Assembly (NCBI GenBank): GCA_018400395.1
Contig: JAGYMN010000001.1
Coordinates: 2,354-66,353, forward strand
Source: Actinomycetota bacterium
GTDB lineage: Bacteria > Actinomycetota > Humimicrobiia > Humimicrobiales > Humimicrobiaceae
Direction of reading: 5' to 3'
DNA: 64,000 bases
Program-made: the position numbers and the translations under genes
Notes under the pieces: generated by a model
What the model saw: only the letters and a program-made list of their open reading frames with translations
The model's database searches: none
Told to the model about the DNA's origin: nothing
Shown here: piece after piece, positions 58,545 to 64,000 of the stretch
Layout of the letters: every line of letters begins with the position of its first letter
Position numbering within the stretch: position 1 is the first letter of the stretch

Positions 58545-59527
58545 ATCCTGATCCTCCCTGTAAAATGCCTGATGTTATTTATATTTTTCTTTACAAGATA
58601 ATCCTCAAGGTCAAGAAGTATTTTTTCTCCTGCATCGTATTCTATAAGATTAACGGTGCCGAGGCCTACTGCCGATGCGCCCGCTATCATAAACTCCAGA
58701 ACATCCCTGTAATCAAAGATGCCCCCCATGCCTATTACAGGAAGTATATTCTCCCGGGCCAGTATATATGTCTTTGCAAGCGCAATGGGCTTTATTGCCG
58801 GGCCCGAGAGCCCGCCTGTTATATTTCCCAGAAGCGGCCTGTATGTCTCTACATCAACAGCCATGCCCACGGCTGTATTTATAAGGGAGATAGCTTCTGC
58901 GCCTGCCTGCTTTGCTGCCTCTGCTGACTGTATTATATTATCATGATTTGGAGAAAGCTTTGCTATCACAGGGATGTCCAGCATTGATACGACTGCATCT
59001 ACCACCTTCTTTACTTCCTCCGGGAATGCACAGAAGGATGTTCCGTCTTTTTCCACATTGGGGCAGGAGAGGTTTAGTTCAACTGCTATTATATCTGCTT
59101 TTACATCAAGTATCCTGAGGGCTACTTTTTTGAATTCCTCTGAATCCTTGCCGAAGATGCTGAGTATTATGCCCGCACCGTCTTTTTTCATCTGTGCAAG
59201 ATGAGATTTTATAAATACGTCAATCCCGTCATTCTGCAGACCTATTGAGTTTAGCATGCCGGCAGGTGTCTCGCAGATTCTGGGAGGCGGATTACCTTTT
59301 CTTGGCTTCAGCGAATAGCTTTTGGTTGTTACCGCACCAAGTACCGATATATCATAAAAATTACTGTGTTCCTCTCCATGGGAAAACGTTCCCGAACATG
59401 CAACCAGAGGGTTTTTAAGCCCGATCCTGCCTATTTCCACAGACATGTCCGGTTTCCTGCTGCTGCGCTCTTCACCGGGAACATCTTTTTCATTCTCTTT
59501 TTCCCATTTAAAAAGCCTGTCAGTCAA
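58541..59527 (-). CDS. pyrD: Dihydroorotate dehydrogenase, class 1B catalytic subunit
   Basis: 328 aa; …NPLVACSGTF…, GLQNDG, FMN-binding C-terminus (GMGGI…GASAV). Confidence 0.9.
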   Translation of the reverse strand: MTDRLFKWEKENEKDVPGEERSSRKPDMSVEIGRIGLKNPLVACSGTFSHGEEHSNFYDISVLGAVTTKSYSLKPRKGNPPPRICETPAGMLNSIGLQNDGIDVFIKSHLAQMKKDGAGIILSIFGKDSEEFKKVALRILDVKADIIAVELNLSCPNVEKDGTSFCAFPEEVKKVVDAVVSMLDIPVIAKLSPNHDNIIQSAEAAKQAGAEAISLINTAVGMAVDVETYRPLLGNITGGLSGPAIKPIALAKTYILARENILPVIGMGGIFDYRDVLEFMIAGASAVGLGTVNLIEYDAGEKILLDLEDYLVKKNINNIRHFTGRIRI

Positions 59528-60314
59528 AAATTACCTCCGATAGCTCAAAAGCAGGTCCTTCCCTGCAGACTCTTAAATAATCGATTCCGTCTTTCTTTTT
59601 TACTTTTACGACACATCCATTACACACGCCGATGCCGCATCCCATTTTCTCTTCCAGTATGGCAGTTGCCCTTATGTCTTCCCTTTCCAGCTCCCTCTGG
59701 AGAACTTTTAACATTTCAACAGGACCGCAGCAGAATATGTCATGATCCCTTAAAACCTTCGGTTCATCCAGTATATGGTCGCATACCAGGCCCTGCTGCC
59801 CCCAGCTTCCATCTTCTGAAAACATCCTGTATTTAACACCCATCCGCATCAGATCCCTTTCCCACATCAAAAGACTGCTGTCCTTAAAGCCTGCAAGTAC
59901 AGAGACTTTCTTTCCTTCATCAGCTGCGATTCTTGATATCAGGTTAAGCGGGGCAATTCCCATCCCTCCGCCAATCAAAAGTAAATTACCTTTTAAAGAT
60001 ACAGGTTCTACCGGTTTCCCCAGGGGACCTGCCATGTTTACGGTATCGCCCTTTTTAAGTTCGGACATGTACCTGGTACCCTTGCCCCTGACCCTATAGA
60101 GTATTGAAAAAACATTGAACTTCTTTTCAACATCGAAAACTGAAAACGGCCTTCTCAGAAGAGGATCCCGTTTATCAGGAGAGCAGCATCTGATATTAAC
60201 AAACTGCCCGGCGCCTACATTCTTTACTATATGAGGTGCAAATATCTCCATTTTATAGATATCGGGACCATATCTTTCGTTGGACAGTATTTCGCTGTTT
60301 AATATCTTCATCAA
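59520..60314 (-). CDS. pyrK: Dihydroorotate dehydrogenase electron transfer subunit
   Basis: 264 aa; FAD/NAD ferredoxin-reductase fold, C-terminal 2Fe-2S Cys cluster (CGIGVCNGC). Confidence 0.9.
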   Translation of the reverse strand: MMKILNSEILSNERYGPDIYKMEIFAPHIVKNVGAGQFVNIRCCSPDKRDPLLRRPFSVFDVEKKFNVFSILYRVRGKGTRYMSELKKGDTVNMAGPLGKPVEPVSLKGNLLLIGGGMGIAPLNLISRIAADEGKKVSVLAGFKDSSLLMWERDLMRMGVKYRMFSEDGSWGQQGLVCDHILDEPKVLRDHDIFCCGPVEMLKVLQRELEREDIRATAILEEKMGCGIGVCNGCVVKVKKKDGIDYLRVCREGPAFELSEVIFD

Positions 60315-63300
60315 TATTCCTGTATGGGTTTAACCTTTACTTCAGAATTTTTTTTCATTCCCTCTATTCCCTGCAGAAGAGCCCTCGCAGCAGAAAGTGT
60401 TGTAATAGACGGCACGTTATGGAGTACCGCAGCTGTCCTCATATAATAACCGTCACTTCTTGCCCTGCTGCCTTCAGGAGTATTTATTATCAGATCTATT
60501 TCCCTGTTTTTTATCATATCTATTATATTGGGTCTTCCTTCCCTGATTTTTAGGATCCTGTCTGTCTTTATACCGTTTCCTGACAGTATCTCTGCTGTCC
60601 CGCTTGTCGATATAATTTTAAAATCCATTTCTGAAAGCTTCCTTGCAATTTCAACTATAAGGTCTTTATCCCTGTCACTTACCGATATGAACACTGAGCC
60701 GGAAGTGGGGAATACCTGATTTATTGAAATCTGGGTCTTTGCAAAAGCTATGCCGAAATCCGGGTCTATTCCCATGACCTCACCCGTGGACTTCATCTCC
60801 GGTCCCAGTATGGTGTCCACCCCGGGGAACCGGTTGAATGGAAGTACCGCCTCTTTTATGCTGAAATAACCCAGCCTGGTTGAATCCACGCGTTTAAAAT
60901 CCTGCTGGCTCAGCTTCATTCCTGCCAGGACCCTGGAAGCTATCTTGGCCAGGGGAACTCCTATAGATTTGCTTATAAAAGGTACTGTTCTCGATGCCCT
61001 GGGGTTTGCTTCCAGGACATAGACCATTCCATCCTTTACTGCGTATTGTATGTTTATCAGTCCTACGACCCTGAGCTCTTCTGCTATTTTATATGTATAA
61101 TCCCTTATAATATCAATAATTTCCCTGCTGAGAGTAAATGGCGGTATGACACATGCACTATCGCCTGAATGTATGCCTGCTTCCTCTATATGTTCCATTA
61201 TACCGCCGATGAAAAGTTCTTCTCCGTCGTATATTGCATCTACATCCACCTCAATTGCCCTCTCCAGGAATCTGTCTATAAGTATGGGCCGGTCATTTGA
61301 TACAACAGCTGCATTCTTTACATAGTCCCTCAGGCTATCCCTGTCATATACAATATTCATAGCCCTGCCGCCAAGGACATATGAAGGTCTTACAAGCACC
61401 GGATAACCTATTCTTTCTGCTATATCTACAGCTTCGCTCTCATTAAGAGCAGTTCCGTTTTCCGGCTGGGGAATCCCCAGTTTTTTCAACATGTTTCCAA
61501 ATCTTTTCCTGTCTTCTGCAAGGTCTATGGAATCAGGGGATGTACCCAGTATGTTTACACCTGCTTTCTGCAGGGGAATAGCAAGCTTTAATGGTGTCTG
61601 GCCCCCAAATTGTATTATCACCCCTGATGGTTTCTCTGCTTCTATTATATTCATAACATCCTCAAAGGTCAGGGGCTCAAAATACAGTCTGTCAGAAGTG
61701 TCGTAATCTGTACTTACAGTCTCGGGATTGCAGTTTACCATTATTGTCTCATAGCCCATATCATGAAGGGCATAGGATGAATGTACGCAGCAGTAATCAA
61801 ATTCTATCCCCTGGCCAATCCTGTTGGGTCCGCTTCCCAGTATTACTATTTTCTCCCTGCTTGTAGGAAGTATCTCGTCCTCACTTTCATATGTAGAATA
61901 ATAATATGACGTGTAAGCTTCAAACTCGGCAGCGCATGTATCAACGGTCTTAAATGTCGTAACAATTCCCATCTTTTTTCTTAAATTCCTTATATCTATC
62001 TCTTTACATCTGCAGAGGTGTGCAAGCTGAATGTCGGAGTAGCCATTCCTTTTGGCCTCCATGAGCATATCCCGGTCAAGGTTTTTAAGACTGGTATCCT
62101 TAAATTTTTTTTCAAACTCAACAAGCTGCGCTATATTGCTCAAAAACCAGGGGTCTATTTTAGTTAATTTATAAATCTCATCTATGCTTTTACCCTTTTC
62201 AATCGCAATTTTTATATAAAATACCCTGTCCTGGTTTGGTACTGTAAGCCTGTCGTATATTAGTTCATCCCTGACATTGCATACCCCGTCAGCTCCGAGT
62301 CCGTAGCGGTCTATCTCAAGGGACCTTATGGATTTCTGCAGGGCCTCCTTAAATGTCCTTCCTATAGCCATTACCTCACCGACGGACTTCATCCTTGTTG
62401 TAAGTGAGGTGTCCGTACCTGCAAATTTTTCAAACGCCCATCTTGGAAACTTCACAACTACATAGTCTATTGACGGCTCAAAACAGGCAGTTGTCTTTTT
62501 TGTAATATCGTTGGGTATCTCATCAAGCGTATAGCCCACAGCGAGTTTTGTAGCTATCTTTGCTATTGGAAAACCTGTTGCCTTTGAGGCAAGGGCGCTG
62601 CTCCTTGATACCCTGGGGTTCATCTCTATAACAGCCATTTTCCCATTTTCCGGATCAACTGCAAACTGTATATTTGAACCGCCGGTTTCCACGCCTATCT
62701 TCCTTATAATATCAATAGCCGCATCTCTCATATTTATATATTCCTTATCCGTGAGTGTCTGTGCCGGGGCCACTGTTATGCTGTCTCCTGTATGGACTCC
62801 CATAGGATCAAAATTCTCGATGGAACATACTATGACCACATTATCTGCCCTGTCCCTCATAACCTCCAGTTCGAATTCCTTCCACCCTGCAACAGACTTC
62901 TCTACAAGTACCTCAGATGCCGGCGAGAGGTCCAGGCCCCTGGTGACTATCTCTGTGAATTCCTCCCTGTTAAAGGCTACCCCGCCTCCGAGGCCGCCAA
63001 GTGTAAAACTTGGCCTTACAACAAGCGGATATTTTAGCTTATCTGCAAAATCCAGTGCTTCCAGAAGGCTGTGTGCATATCCGCTTGGCGGAACATAAAG
63101 CCCTATCGAGCTCATTGCTTCCTTGAATTCCTCCCTGTCCTCTGCCCTCGTTATCACGTCTACATCTGCTCCGATAAGTTCTACTCCGTAAGTTTTTAGT
63201 ACTCCCTCACGGGCAAGCATTACCGCCATGTTAAGCCCCGTCTGGCCTCCAAGAGTCGGAAGGATTGCATCGGGCCTTTCCCTTTCTATTATCTTTTCCA

Positions 63301-63520
63301 CAAATTCCGTGGAAAGGGGCTCGATATATGTCTTATCTGCAAATTCAGGATCGGTCATTATGGTGGCAGGGTTGGAGTTTACCAGCACGACCTGGTAACC
63401 CTCTTCACGCAACACCTTGCATGCCTGGGCGCCTGAATAATCAAACTCGCAGGCCTGCCCGATTATTATCGGACCAGACCCTATTATCATTATTTTCTTT
63501 AAGTCTTTTCTCTTTGGCAT
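60311..63520 (-). CDS. carB: Carbamoyl-phosphate synthase large subunit
   Basis: 1069 aa; duplicated ATP-grasp halves, MGS-like C-terminus. Confidence 0.95.
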   Translation of the reverse strand: MPKRKDLKKIMIIGSGPIIIGQACEFDYSGAQACKVLREEGYQVVLVNSNPATIMTDPEFADKTYIEPLSTEFVEKIIERERPDAILPTLGGQTGLNMAVMLAREGVLKTYGVELIGADVDVITRAEDREEFKEAMSSIGLYVPPSGYAHSLLEALDFADKLKYPLVVRPSFTLGGLGGGVAFNREEFTEIVTRGLDLSPASEVLVEKSVAGWKEFELEVMRDRADNVVIVCSIENFDPMGVHTGDSITVAPAQTLTDKEYINMRDAAIDIIRKIGVETGGSNIQFAVDPENGKMAVIEMNPRVSRSSALASKATGFPIAKIATKLAVGYTLDEIPNDITKKTTACFEPSIDYVVVKFPRWAFEKFAGTDTSLTTRMKSVGEVMAIGRTFKEALQKSIRSLEIDRYGLGADGVCNVRDELIYDRLTVPNQDRVFYIKIAIEKGKSIDEIYKLTKIDPWFLSNIAQLVEFEKKFKDTSLKNLDRDMLMEAKRNGYSDIQLAHLCRCKEIDIRNLRKKMGIVTTFKTVDTCAAEFEAYTSYYYSTYESEDEILPTSREKIVILGSGPNRIGQGIEFDYCCVHSSYALHDMGYETIMVNCNPETVSTDYDTSDRLYFEPLTFEDVMNIIEAEKPSGVIIQFGGQTPLKLAIPLQKAGVNILGTSPDSIDLAEDRKRFGNMLKKLGIPQPENGTALNESEAVDIAERIGYPVLVRPSYVLGGRAMNIVYDRDSLRDYVKNAAVVSNDRPILIDRFLERAIEVDVDAIYDGEELFIGGIMEHIEEAGIHSGDSACVIPPFTLSREIIDIIRDYTYKIAEELRVVGLINIQYAVKDGMVYVLEANPRASRTVPFISKSIGVPLAKIASRVLAGMKLSQQDFKRVDSTRLGYFSIKEAVLPFNRFPGVDTILGPEMKSTGEVMGIDPDFGIAFAKTQISINQVFPTSGSVFISVSDRDKDLIVEIARKLSEMDFKIISTSGTAEILSGNGIKTDRILKIREGRPNIIDMIKNREIDLIINTPEGSRARSDGYYMRTAAVLHNVPSITTLSAARALLQGIEGMKKNSEVKVKPIQEY

Positions 63521-63529
63521 TTATTCTCC

Positions 63530-64000
63530 TTAACCGTCCCTGCCATTCTTACCAAAATCATCAATAAGCCCAGCAAATCTTTTAAAAATATATCTTGAAT
63601 CATGGGGACCGGGTCCTGCCTCCGGATGATGCTGCACTGTAATAGAATACATCCCCGGGTAATAAAGGCCCTCTATTGTATTGTCGTTAAGGTTTATATG
63701 TGTTATCCGGTATGGTACCCCTATGCTGTCAAGTGAATCTATATCAACAGAAAATCCGTGATTCTGCGTTGTTATTTCAATCCGCCCGCTTTCAGTATTT
63801 TTTACCGGATGATTTGAACCGTGATGGCCGAATTTTAACTTATAAGTTCTGGCTCCCAGTGCAAGGGCAAGCAATTGATGGCCAAGACAGACCCCGAATA
63901 TGGGTATTTTTCCGATAAGGCTTTTTATATTTTCAACAGCATACTTAACGGCAGCCGGGTCACCGGGCCCATTTGACAGGATTACCCCGTCAAACTCTCC
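63530..64000 (-). CDS. carA: Carbamoyl-phosphate synthase small subunit (C-terminal glutamine amidotransferase part; 5' end beyond window)
   Basis: ORF open to window end; own translation upstream of track ORF gives …[17 protein letters not shown]… (GATase Cys-His motif). Confidence 0.9.
   Translation of the reverse strand, partial: GEFDGVILSNGPGDPAAVKYAVENIKSLIGKIPIFGVCLGHQLLALALGARTYKLKFGHHGSNHPVKNTESGRIEITTQNHGFSVDIDSLDSIGVPYRITHINLNDNTIEGLYYPGMYSITVQHHPEAGPGPHDSRYIFKRFAGLIDDFGKNGRDG

Overview
AT-rich (~30-45% GC), gene-dense bacterial chromosome segment that uses the standard genetic code. Sixty-six of the 68 protein-coding genes I can support are on the minus strand, so the window probably lies on the leading strand of one replichore. 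The content is core housekeeping. The gene order is a compacted version of several classical Firmicutes operons placed end to end: rnj; dapB-M16 peptidase-pnp-rpsO-ribF-truB-nrnA-rbfA-infB-nusA; recD2-like helicase; proS-ispG-rseP-uppS-frr-pyrH-tsf-rpsB; xerC-hyp-dprA-comM; a small variable patch; yraN-rnhB-lepB-rplS-trmD-rimM-KH-rpsP-ffh-ftsY-smc-rnc-acpP-plsX; DRTGG protein + ADP-forming acetyl-CoA synthetase; rpmF; coaD-rsmD; fakA-like with divergent rpmB; rsmB-fmt-def-priA-metK-coaBC-rpoZ-gmk-mIHF-pyrE-pyrF-pyrD-pyrK-carB-carA. I found no rRNA, tRNA, CRISPR array, transposase, phage genes or recognisable defence system. The points worth a second look are: (1) truB is split by a frameshift at an A9 homopolymer. 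(2) The M16 peptidase N-terminus, including its HxxEH zinc site, lies upstream of the first ATG, and the only in-frame candidate start is an ATA one nucleotide after the pnp stop. (3) A near-consensus promoter followed by an intrinsic-terminator hairpin sits in the nusA leader. (4) A small variable patch at 27.2-30.1 kb carries a zinc-metallopeptidase/DUF4126 pair, an orphan plus-strand ORF and a frameshifted LysM gene. (5) The SMC protein is 780 aa with no hinge I can recognise. (6) A standalone Pta-N-terminal-like (BioD/DRTGG) protein is paired with an ADP-forming acetyl-CoA synthetase, inserted between rpmF and plsX. (7) plsX is directly adjacent to acpP with no fab genes, and a FakA-like fatty-acid kinase is nearby. 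I do not see a convincing novel multi-gene system and say so plainly. The candidates below are individual oddities.
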